From positions 68,200,001 through 68,264,000 of the forward strand of contig NC_043007.1 in the NCBI RefSeq assembly GCF_006345805.1: a DNA stretch of 64,000 bases. Direction: 5' to 3'. The notes under the pieces are model-generated. The model was given only the letters and a program-made list of their open reading frames with translations. It was not told the DNA's origin and did no database searches. Below, in pieces: positions 53,473 through 64,000 of the stretch. The DNA is from Octopus sinensis (lineage: Eukaryota). Position 1 is the first letter of the stretch, and each line of letters begins with the position of its first letter. Position numbers and translations under genes: made by a program.

Positions 53473-55199
53473 TTCCTTTTTTTAACTCAGAAGTTGTCAG
53501 TGTCTTCAAAATTAAAAAAATCATTATATTAAATACCGTCAATCTCTTGGTCAATAAGATGATTGCCCTTCAAATTTGCGAATCTGTAGTGCACCTGTAC
53601 GTAGTGTTTTGTACTGAGGTGTTGAAGTTACACATCCATTATCCGGCGATCTTGACAGATATCTTGGTCTATTGACAAAGAACTCTAGACATTTGTAAGT
53701 AGAAAACCATTGCAACATCATCACCATTACAGTCGTAAAAGATATGTGACTCACTTTCACAGATTTTTGCTGGACACTTAGGATTTCATCATAAACCTAT
53801 CACGGAAGAAAAAAGTGAAACGTTTGAGCACTTGCCAAAGATTTTCCCCGAGTTGCCGGACAGAAAGTGTGGCTTAAAGTCTTTTTGACATGTTGACTTT
53901 TATGTGTGTTTTCAAAAATATCCCCAGTGCCTAAAATACACTACATCTGAAAATAGATGGAGTATGTATCAGTGTCAGTGACTAGACTGATTTCAGATTA
54001 TCCCAGGCTTCTTCAAGCAAGAGAATACATTTGAAATTCGTAAATCATTCTAGTGTTGCTGTCACATTAAATAAGAATGTAAGCTTAAAAGCCAAAGAAT
54101 TGCCATAAGATGCAGTGAGCTCAGGTTGTATTGGTAAATGTTACTCTAATATTTACATTGTTTATCATAAGACATGGAAGGCAGCTCCTTGAGCTACTTG
54201 CCTTGTCGGATAACCTAGAATACATGCCCAAAGAGGTCGCACGACTCTGCCGCAACGTATCATATACGGCAATTAATGAGCCTAGAAATGACATTTAATT
54301 AAAATTATACCTATACTGAAGAGAACCAGTAATTACGTTAAACACTAACTCTGGTTAAAGAAATCAAGGGGAATAACTTCAATATGTCCTTTCTTCTCAT
54401 GAAGACGGTAGGTTTTAATCAAAAGGTGATATGCTTGTTATTTCTAACAAATCCTGTGAAAATGTAAAAGTTTTCTCTTGGTTGAGTCTCGAAGTTTGAT
54501 CTCAGTAACACGCAATAAACTCAATATTCTTAATAGCAACATAATAAACCTCGGTCACTTTTATTCTGTATCATTACTTTATTTTCATTTTGGCTGTTAT
54601 TGCTATTGTTTAAAGACCAGATCAACCTTAATTAAGCAGACCTATGATAAAATTTCTTCCACCCAGAACAGTTCAGTTTATATTTCACTCATAGTGTATC
54701 ATGAACTACAATATCGAACGTATCATATTGTGACTTAGAAGGATTTACATTGTTAATGCTAACAAATTGAAATTTATGTGTAATTTACTTAACTTACTCT
54801 TGGAAATGTCCCAGCAGAGAAATATCGTATTACTTACTGGTCATGATTTCAAATCTGGTATAAATTGTTTGTTTTGATCCTCGTCATAGAGTTAAAATTC
54901 TTGACAACCTCCAGCCGACGGGCTATAGATAATAAGTAGTAGGTATGTCTTAGAAGGTTACATGTGCAATATGAGAGAGATAAAGCCTTTTAAAACAACA
55001 GTAGCTAATGCCAAACATTGGCTCCGTATTAATCTTACTAATTACATAGATACGTAAACGTACGTTCATGCATGCATGCATACATACATACATACATACA
55101 TACATCATACATACATACATACATAATCTCTTCGGCAACATCTTTTAACCACCAAATGTCGAAGTAGATCCCTTGACTAAGTATTTATACATGAGGCTG

Positions 55200-56100
55200 A
55201 TAACATCATAAGACATAGAAGGCAGCACCTTGAGCAACATGCCTTGTCGGATAACCTAGAATACATGCCCAAAGAGGTCGCACGACTCTACCGCAACGTA
55301 TCATCAGATGAAAGGATGAGCCTATATGAGCGGAAGATTGTGCAAGGATATATTAGTTGAAAGCTACGAGATGATAGTAACATTGATCATCAAAGCAGTC
55401 TATCATTGAGCAATAGCTGGATTACTACCTCCCACTTTGAATGGTATGCATTTGCAATCTAGGAACAGGAAATATCAACTAAATACTTGATGAACAAAGG
55501 GGATAGAGATGCAGGAAAAGCAGTAAAATGTGACAACCGATGCAGTTGTCCGAAAATGTCATCAAGGTATAATCTACTGATGAGACATGATGTTATAGCT
55601 AGGACACTCTATAATGAAATCCGTCGGAAAGATAACCCCGAGAACAAAGAAATAAGAACCCACCACAATATGGTAGAAGCCATGGCCATCCATAATAATA
55701 AATAATAAAAAGAAGTACTGGTGGAATGTCCCAGTGAAGATCTCAATAAATTGTAGGTGCAACAGTCCTGATATAATGATTTTGGATAAGAAGAGAAACT
55801 GTGTACAATTGTGGAAATTAGCTGCCCAGCGGATGTTAAAATAAGGTTGAAGATCAGTGAAGAAGAGGATACTTAAGCTGAAATATTGAGAAATCTGCAG
55901 TAACTCTCTATATATTACATGTTCAGATTTATATCTGTAATTATTGGGGCCCTTGGATATGTACACACTGCTTAAACACCAACCATAAGAAACTGAACTT
56001 CTCAAAACCAGAAACAAGAAAGCTAATTCGAAGACTACAGATCTAACTTATCCGTGGAACTTAAAAATTCTCTAAAACTTTCCAGCCGTTTATCATTTAA
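55200..56100 (+). mobile_element. R4/Dong-like LINE C-terminus with restriction-like endonuclease remnant
   Basis: SCPKMSSRYNLLMRHDVIARTLYNEI, YWWNVPVK, SPDIMI, IVEISCPAD, VIIGALG: CCHC-RHD and PD..(D/E) RLE pattern with stops and frameshifts. Confidence 0.8.
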
Positions 56101-56544
56101 ATATATATGAGCATGTCTAGAAATGCAACTATATGCATGAGGATACATATATGAAGCAAAACATACAAGTCTGCACATATACACACATACATACATACAT
56201 ATATATATATACATACATATATACAAAAAACAAGCAAAAATATATAATTACTCCTCTACATCTAAGCCAAGATTTACTTCGATGGCATGAAAAAGTCCGT
56301 GAAGACCCTTCTATCGGATATATGATGTGGTTTAAAATTAATGGGATGAATCTTACGCAAACTTAAGCACCTTTGCTTTACAACTGCAGTCTGTAAGCAA
56401 AACTTTCTCAGGTTTAAAATGTGACATTCGTTTCGTTATCTACATTCCAACGATGGAGCTTTGTGTCTTTTTAGAAACCAGTTCCTTCTTCAAAGGAAGA
56501 ATTTCAGTAATTAAAAAGAAAAGAACATGCACAAATGCATAATA

Positions 56545-56580
<36 letters not shown>

Positions 56581-56781
56581 GCACGCACACACACACATAT
56601 ACACACACAGACACACACACACGCACACACACATACACACATAAATACAGTGTACATTTAAACACATAAGAGGTGACCATCATAGCACACATAGAATGCT
56701 AAAAGGAGTAGCCAAAATCCAAACCACTATTAGGGATAAATTTCGAAGGGAATGAAAAATAAAAACATTTACCATCTATCT

Positions 56782-56851
56782 CCTGGACTATGGTTTCGAA
56801 CTCTAAATTAGCAAATAAATTAATTTGCTAGGCGGAGCTCTCTTCAGCAGG
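56782..56851 (-). ncRNA. Type I HHR with extended stem II (inverted copy)
   Basis: Minus cctg-CTGAAGA-gagctc-cgcc-tagcaaat-taattt-atttgcta-attta-gagttc-GAAA-ccata-GTC-cagg. Confidence 0.8.
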
Positions 56852-57023
56852 GACGCCAAGATTAAAATATACATACGAGGCAATAAATGGAAGAAATGCC
56901 GGCATTATATTTATTTACTGCCGACAAAAATACTGCGCTTGCGCGGTGGATTTGAAAAAAAAATAATATACAAGCACGAAGCATTTACTGTATTGCCTCG
57001 TATTATATGTTAATCTTGGCGAC

Positions 57024-57093
57024 CTTGCTGAAGAGAGCTCCGCCTAGTAAATTACTTTATTTGCTAATTTAGAGTTCGAAACCATAGTCCAGG
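57024..57093 (+). ncRNA. Type I HHR with extended stem II
   Basis: cttg-CTGAAGA-gagctc-cgcc-tagtaaat..atttgcta-attta-gagttc-GAAA-ccata-GTC-cagg. Confidence 0.75.
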
Positions 57094-57364
57094 AGATAGA
57101 TGGTAAATGTTTTTATTTTTCCTTCCCTTCGAAATTTATCCCTAATAGTGGTTTGGATTTTGGCTACTCCTTCTAGCGTGCTAGGTGTCCTATGATGGTT
57201 ACCTCTTATGTGTTTAAATGTACACTGTATTTATTTGAACAATATATAGTCTATTGACTAGTTTTCTACATGCTAGGCCACTGGTAGTAAAAAATGCCTA
57301 AAATTTTTTCATACCCTGATATTTATTATATATATATATACATATACATATATGTATGGAGGAG

Positions 57365-57699
57365 GAGACCCCCTTCGGTCATGAATGACCATGGGATTGC
57401 ACCTAGAAAGTTACCCTCCGAGGTACAAGTCTGGGCAAGGTTGTTTTTGAAGGCCAGCAGTCGTCCATGCATACCAACCTCCCCTCACCACACCACTTAT
57501 GTTATCCAAGGGAAAGGCAAGGGCCGACACAGCTCGGCACCAGTGATGTCGCAACTCATCCCTACAACTGGGTAAACTGGAGCAATGTGAAATAAAGTGT
57601 CTTGCTCAAGAACACAGTACGCATCCCGGTCCGGGAATCGAACTTACAAACTCACAATCGTAAGCTCGACGCTCTAACCACTGAGCCATGCGCCTTCAC
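57365..57699 (-). mobile_element. SINE family C
   Basis: Minus head gtgaaggcgcatggctcagtggttagagcg...gttcgattcccgg. Confidence 0.85.
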
Positions 57700-57705
57700 T
57701 ATCTA

Positions 57706-57745
<40 letters not shown>

Positions 57746-57751
57746 CACACA

Positions 57752-57788
<37 letters not shown>

Positions 57789-57789
57789 G

Positions 57790-57844
<55 letters not shown>

Positions 57845-59930
57845 TCATGAGAAGATCAACGTTAAAAATTAAAAGTTTCGTGTATATCATTTAAGTAAAT
57901 GTTTACAAGGCAAACTTCATTAATGCAGATATAAATTTTGTAAGAAATAAATACAACGCCTTTTGCAACTTGACACCACTCTCATGGTTTTGTGCAATAT
58001 TTTGCCCACAACCTGATCTTTAGTTTTGCCATTCTTAACATGATGTCAATACTGAAACAGTGATATTTTCAATTTCAAGAATTGCCTGCTTCAAATAACA
58101 ATGAGAACAGTACGCTTACAATGCAATATATATTAAGAAGGCATTTCTTAATATTGTTGACAGCCTAACCACTTAATTGTCAATTCAAATATTGCTAGAA
58201 GGATCTTTATTGTATTACTTATTTCCTAAGGTCTACTTCTTTATGTTATTGAGGTTATTGTTATTTTGTTTAATGTGAAATTTGTTCTTCGTTAATAGCA
58301 ATAATGAAATTGACAGCGAGAAGACGGAAAATAAAAGCGTATTGAAATTTGATTCAACATCTTCAAGGAGTTTTCAAATAATCTGAAAACAAAGGTCACA
58401 GACAGTCTGTATGATTCCACTTTTACTTTAAGTATCGGGGTTGTTTAGAAAGAAATAAGTAAAATAAGTATCAATGCGAAGAATAAGTTTAGATTTTGAT
58501 AACTATCAGGAGTCGTCGTGGTTCTACAATTAAATGATAATGGTTTCTGACATAGACATAGGCTTACACATCGGATGATGGACACTCGATTGTATTAACC
58601 TCGGTATTTGATTGGTACTTTGTTATAGTGATCTCGGAAGGATGAAAAATTCAGCGAACACCGACGGTTTTGGGACTCAGGTTATGAAGGAGCGTAACTC
58701 TATACAACAGATGTCCGCCTGCGTATTGTCACTGCCATTTAATTCACTTCACATTATTAAAAAATAATTTCTAGCTTTGGCTGATGGTCATAAATCTTAA
58801 GGGGATGGATGTAGTTCAATTAACCTAAAAATAATAATCCTACTTATTTTATTGACTAATGATGATAGACTGATAAAGACTTCTCTGCGAAAATCTTAAC
58901 AGATGCTGAGGGACGAAACTAAATACTCTAAATATTTATTCCGGTATTTAACCATTTCTGATATTCTACTAACGCACAAATACTACGAATTACTAGAATA
59001 GTTAAAGCCTTCGAACAGAATTCCATGCAATATCGTTTTCATCGCGTGTTCTGAGTTAAAATTCCGCTCAAATATAGTGTGGTTAATATTCTTCCAGGGT
59101 CATTAAATAAACTACCTGTTCAGTACTGGGCTCAGTTCTTCCCTCTTTATTTTCCTTCTGGGTTGTATATGAGAATGAAAGGTTCAGCCATGAAAAATGA
59201 TGTCACATAGATTTGTTTGGAGAATTGTCTTAAGGGGTTCACGTATCCATACACTACTCAACGTCTTAGTCGCTAAATTCACGAGATGAACTCTGGATCC
59301 ACACTAATAGGAGGTTCAGAATAAGGTAAATAATGTATAAAAATAACAACAAAAGGAAAATGTTTCATTCATTACAAATGTTTCCAGGGAATATTTTAAT
59401 TGATGAACACCACGTGAAAACAATAATACCATTTTCACTGGGTGAATATACACGAATTACACATTTAAAACAGTCCAAAAGTTACCATTTTCTGTGACCT
59501 CATGGTTTCGTTATTAGTAATAGTCAAAAGAATTAGCTAAAAAATTCTTTAGTAATAGTTGTAGTAAATGAACCATTATTCATCTGTTATTTAAGACCAT
59601 AACTTCTCCCTTATATATGAAATAGCTGTAAGTCTATAGTAAATAAACGTTTATAACCCATTGTTTCTGTGTTTTTTGTATCACTCTGTAAAAACATACC
59701 ATCTCAACTAAGTATTGGAACCACGGATCTACAAATTTGACTGATGATGGCTTTTGATTTTTAATTACCTAAGTACAATACTGATGAAAATACTTTTTTG
59801 TTAGCCTCGTGTATTTTTATTTGCATGGAGCTTAAGAAGTATTTCACCGGGATTACTATCCCCTTATTAATCTCGCTGTTTAATATACAAATGTGTGTGT
59901 GTATCTGTCTATCTAGCGTATATATATATG

Positions 59931-59965
<35 letters not shown>

Positions 59966-59968
<3 letters not shown>

Positions 59969-60198
59969 CAATGAAAGGCTTCCAAATAGGAAAGCCTTGT
60001 GCTAGAAAGTGCAGTAGAAAACTCAAACCACCAAATAAGGATAAATTTGGTGGCATGAGTTTTCTACTGCTCTTTCTAGCACAAAGCTTTCATATTTGGA
60101 AGCCTCTTATTGTATTTCTATGTGAATAATATATAGTCTAATGACTAATTCGTTTTTTGTGCTAGGCCACTGGTAATAATAATTTCTTATTACCCTAT

Positions 60199-60200
<2 letters not shown>
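59966..60200. repeat. Tight ~70-bp hairpin followed by the 3' terminal block of the 57240-57320 family
   Basis: atacaat..aggcttccaaata...ccaccaaat-aaggataa-atttggtgg...tatttggaagcct..attgtat, then atatagtcta.tgacta...gctaggccactggta. Confidence 0.8.
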
Positions 60201-60240
<40 letters not shown>

Positions 60241-60286
60241 TTTATCTGTATATATAAATGTATATATGTATTCATATGTGTTTGTT

Positions 60287-60601
60287 GTTAGTTTGGCGGG
60301 GGGAGGGGCTGCATTTTTTAAGCGTACGGGATTATACTCTCAATGCCCCTGGTGTAAAAACACTGAAAAGCTGGTCATAGTCAAGAGAGACAACTCACAT
60401 CAGATCCCTTTCTCTCGAAGCTACAGACATCGATGTTTCGTCATAGTTGTAACTTATCAATGCCACGTACGCTCCGAAAAGAAGGGATCTGATGTGAGTC
60501 ATCTCACTTTGCTATGACGCACTTTCGGGTGTTTTTACACAAAAAACCTTTCGATTTTATTCTCTTCCGCCTAAAATACGCAGCCGCCCGACAAAACTAA
60601 C
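60287..60601. repeat. Diverged fold-back element
   Basis: gtgtaaaaacac..gtcatag..actcacatcagatccctt vs aagggatctgatgtgagt..ctatgac..gtgtttttacac; outer gttagttt / aaactaac. Confidence 0.75.
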
Positions 60602-60744
60602 ACACACACGCACACACACACATGTAAATATATAAACATATGTATATTGTATATATACATATATATATAATATATATATATATATACATGTATGATGTCC
60701 TCTATCTCTTTCTATCAATCAGTCTATCTATGTATCTATCCATG

Positions 60745-60838
<94 letters not shown>

Positions 60839-60967
60839 GTATATATATTTTATGCATATCTATAAATCTATTCATCAATTATCCGTCCCTGTCTGGCTCT
60901 GTCTTTGTCGATCTCTGTCTGCCTCCCCATATATACACACATATATATATATATGTATGTATGTATG

Positions 60968-61001
<34 letters not shown>

Positions 61002-61525
61002 TGTATGTATGTATGTATGTATGTGTGTATGTATGTATGTATGTATATATGTATGTATGTATGTATATAAGTGTGTGTGGGTGTATAACTGAATATTTTA
61101 TCGCAAGTTCAGTTTCATGATGCCACTTCGATTTTCGTCTGACCTTATATTTCTATTCACCAAACAGGGTGCAGTATATGGCTTATACTTGTTCACCTGT
61201 CTGTGTTTGCTAATTAGCTGGTTGTTAATTAAATTAAAGTTTTAATCTGTTTCTTTTTTTTTGTTACTTGTGAAACCAACTACGAGTAAATTTAAAGATT
61301 ATTCTTTTTGCCGTATTTATAAATGTATTTATGTATACACATCTGCCTTGCGTACAATTGTTGTCCATCAAATTTAGTTCGAAAGGTATTAGTCAGTTCA
61401 AGGCAAAAGTAAAATGCAACGCTTTACCAACGTGATATGCAGTGTGATCAAATGTGAAATCATGATTCACAAGGCTGTAAAGCGATTTTCTTAATAAAAG
61501 ACACACACACACACACACACACAGC

Positions 61526-61871
61526 CAATAATAACTGGCACTCTGTCAGTTACGACGACGAGGGTTCCCGTTGATCCGATCAACGGAACAGCCTGCTTCT
61601 GAAATTAACGTGCATGTGACTAAGCGCTCCACATACACGTGTACACTTAATGTAGTTCTCAGCGAGATTCAGCGTGACACAGAGTGTAACAAACCCAGGT
61701 CCAGTGAAATCAGTGAATACAGTGAATACTACTCATTTTTGTCAGCTGAGTGAACTGGAACAACGTGAAATAAAGTGTCTGGCTCAGAGAAACAACGCGT
61801 CGCCGGAAATTGAACTCACTATTATTCGATCGTGAGCCGAATACCCTAATCACTAAGCCACGCGCCTTCAC
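61526..61871 (-). mobile_element. SINE family C head with a different 3' body
   Basis: Minus head gtgaaggcgcgtggcttagtg...; the body diverges from the 57365 copy after cagctg. Confidence 0.75.
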
Positions 61872-63271
61872 AGACAATAGTATTATCGTATTATCTTATT
61901 TGATAGAATGACAACAAAGATTGTAGTGTCAATAGTTGAAATTAAGTAAGTTATTATATAATTATAAACTAGTAAATGTTCTTGTTTAAATATCTAATTC
62001 ACTTACTGATTATAACGACTAAATGTACGTCTTTATTGTTCCTATTTTATAGCTTAAAGATATGGAGAAAAGGAATGGCTTTGTCTGGTATACAGAATTG
62101 TATCGGAGGTGTGATAGATACGATTGGGCACTTTCTCAATTATGCTGCCTGTGCCTATTCATTTATTTTCATTAATTACCAGTATTCATAATTAATACAT
62201 CGGTATAGATAATTCTTTTCTTCGCTTATTTATATATTTAACTTTCTTCGCATTTCAATAAATTTTACGTTTCATATCATTCTTCTTTGTCGAGCTATAA
62301 ATATATGTTGTTCACGCATTTTTTGTTTCATTGTTAAGTTTTATTAGCGTTCATGATTTTACGATTCTCACTAGAACAAGACTATTTTGAAGCAGGAGTT
62401 TCTTAGTTTCTGATAATCTAACTGGTTTGTTATCGGAAATAAACTCAACTTGTAAACCACAGAAGAATGGAGTAAAGTTTAAGAAAGCACAAAATAAATA
62501 CGGTTTTTGTGGAAAAAAATTCGATGCTAAATAAAACTCATCCATTAGGGAAGCGTTGCTAGGAGCCTTCTGTCTTGCTATTTAGTTGTTCGAGATGGAG
62601 AAATAGAGTTATTTCTTTTGATGTCTGAAAAATCAATAGTTATTATTTAAGATATGGAAAATATTGAGGTTGAATATTTTAAGATGTATTCAATATTACG
62701 ACGATTGAATTGAAATTGTCCACATAATAAAATGAAACCACAGTGAATTAATATTTTTATTTAAGAAACCTTTTGGTTGAGATATTACTTTAAAATCAGC
62801 TTCATTTTAAAGGTTCAGATATTTCAATAGACGAAGACTGTTTATTGTTGACGGATTGCAGTCTTGTTCGATGGTTTTCCTTCAGAGTTGGAATGATTTT
62901 AAGTTCAGCTATTTCTGTTTTTTCTTTCTGCCTCCATCATATGTCTAATGTGATGAAATTAAAAAGAAAGTGTCCGAAAACATCTTGTTGGTTTTATTTC
63001 CGATATTTTAGAAAAAGAAGATAAGTTTCTGTTGTTTTCATGTGAAAGTGAGCACAATATGTCAAATAGACAACTGTTAAATTAACAAGATTCAGAACGT
63101 TATCTATTCTGAATATAATAGCGTGAGATTTGATTAAATATATATTTTAGTAAAAGTAAAACCGCACAATCAATAAAGCATGTGAAAAAATTCTTTGTTA
63201 TATTGGTTTAAGTTTTTACAATATGAGTTCAGCTTAGCCGTTTATCCTTCCACAGTTGCAAAAGTGAAGTA

Positions 63272-63781
63272 CAGTTATACCACACTTTACGAGGACACGG
63301 TTTACGAATTTTATCTTATAATAGATTTTTCGAGCAAAAGATCTAAATTTTGAACGAAGTGAACAAGTTTCTACTACCATAAAAATGCATCTGCATGTTA
63401 CCGAGAAATGTATAGAGAGCGAAAAAAGCTTCTTCTAAGCGGCTTCTAGACTTTGTGCAAAAAGAAATCTACAAGTCCTTCTACGAGCACTTGTGAATTG
63501 GCGATCACGTCTACAAGTGATGGTGTGCGCGAGTCTAGTGCGACTGAAAGTGATTGTAATAATAATATTTTTATTATAAATGATTTTGACATTCTTTTTA
63601 CTTTACATAGACTATTCTTTACATTCTACTGTTGTTTTATTGCCATTTATTTACCAGTATTATAAATAGGTAAAATATTTTTCTGGGAACGAATTTATAA
63701 CATTACTACTATGGGAAATTATTGTTCTGCTTTACGAGCTGTTTCCGTGAACAAATTAATTCGTATATCGAGGAATTATTT
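63272..63781. mobile_element. pogo/Tigger-like non-autonomous element
   Basis: TA|CAGTTATACCACACTTTACGA..CGGTTTACGAA at left; TTCGTATATCGAGG at right. Confidence 0.45.
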
Positions 63782-64000
63782 TACTAATTAAGTACTTGGG
63801 TTGACAAGATCAAAATTATAAGGGATACCCACCCAAAAGTTTTAATCTTGTACACTTTTTAGAAAACATTAAACGTGTCTTGACTTTTAAACGTTTTTCC
63901 CTGCAGTAAGTTATCTTATAACATAAGTACGCATCTTTAGTTTAGGCGTTCAAGCACGTCTTTCATTTCCTTTTATTTTAAGGATAGCGCTGTGATACAT

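Larger units (their letters stand above)
56641..57320. mobile_element. Large fold-back element with an HHR in each arm
   Basis: Arms 56641-56885 and 56991-57234 are reverse complements; about 85 bp of unpaired tail then (TA)n. Confidence 0.85.

Noticed and set aside
57620-57699. tRNA gene
   Set aside because: tRNA-like head of a repeated SINE; no proper cloverleaf and continuous with the SINE body
62340-63100. Possible coding sequence
   Set aside because: Frames examined contain stops and no recognisable motif

Overview
AT-rich, microsatellite-dense animal DNA. The SINE families and (TA)n/(CA)n density look like an octopus genome; this is an inference from recognised repeat motifs. No intact host gene can be supported, and most short ORFs are microsatellite artefacts. 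Recognisable contents: three families of tRNA-derived SINEs; decayed non-LTR retrotransposons (CR1-like RT, Tx1-like ORF1 and ORF2 C-terminus, R4/Dong-like RLE); Helitron pieces, including one non-autonomous copy with both ends; Tc1/mariner, piggyBac-like and pogo/Tigger-like remnants; and a Penelope-like GIY-YIG fragment. The most notable signal is about a dozen minimal type I hammerhead-ribozyme (HHR) motifs from several unrelated families. Many sit in fold-back elements ending at (TA)n tracts. Several have non-canonical cores: a compensatory U3-A8 core in two unrelated families and an A6U core in two copies of a third. A cluster of unexplained exon-like minus-strand segments lies at 160-2830. 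Coordinates were read by eye and may be off by a few bases.
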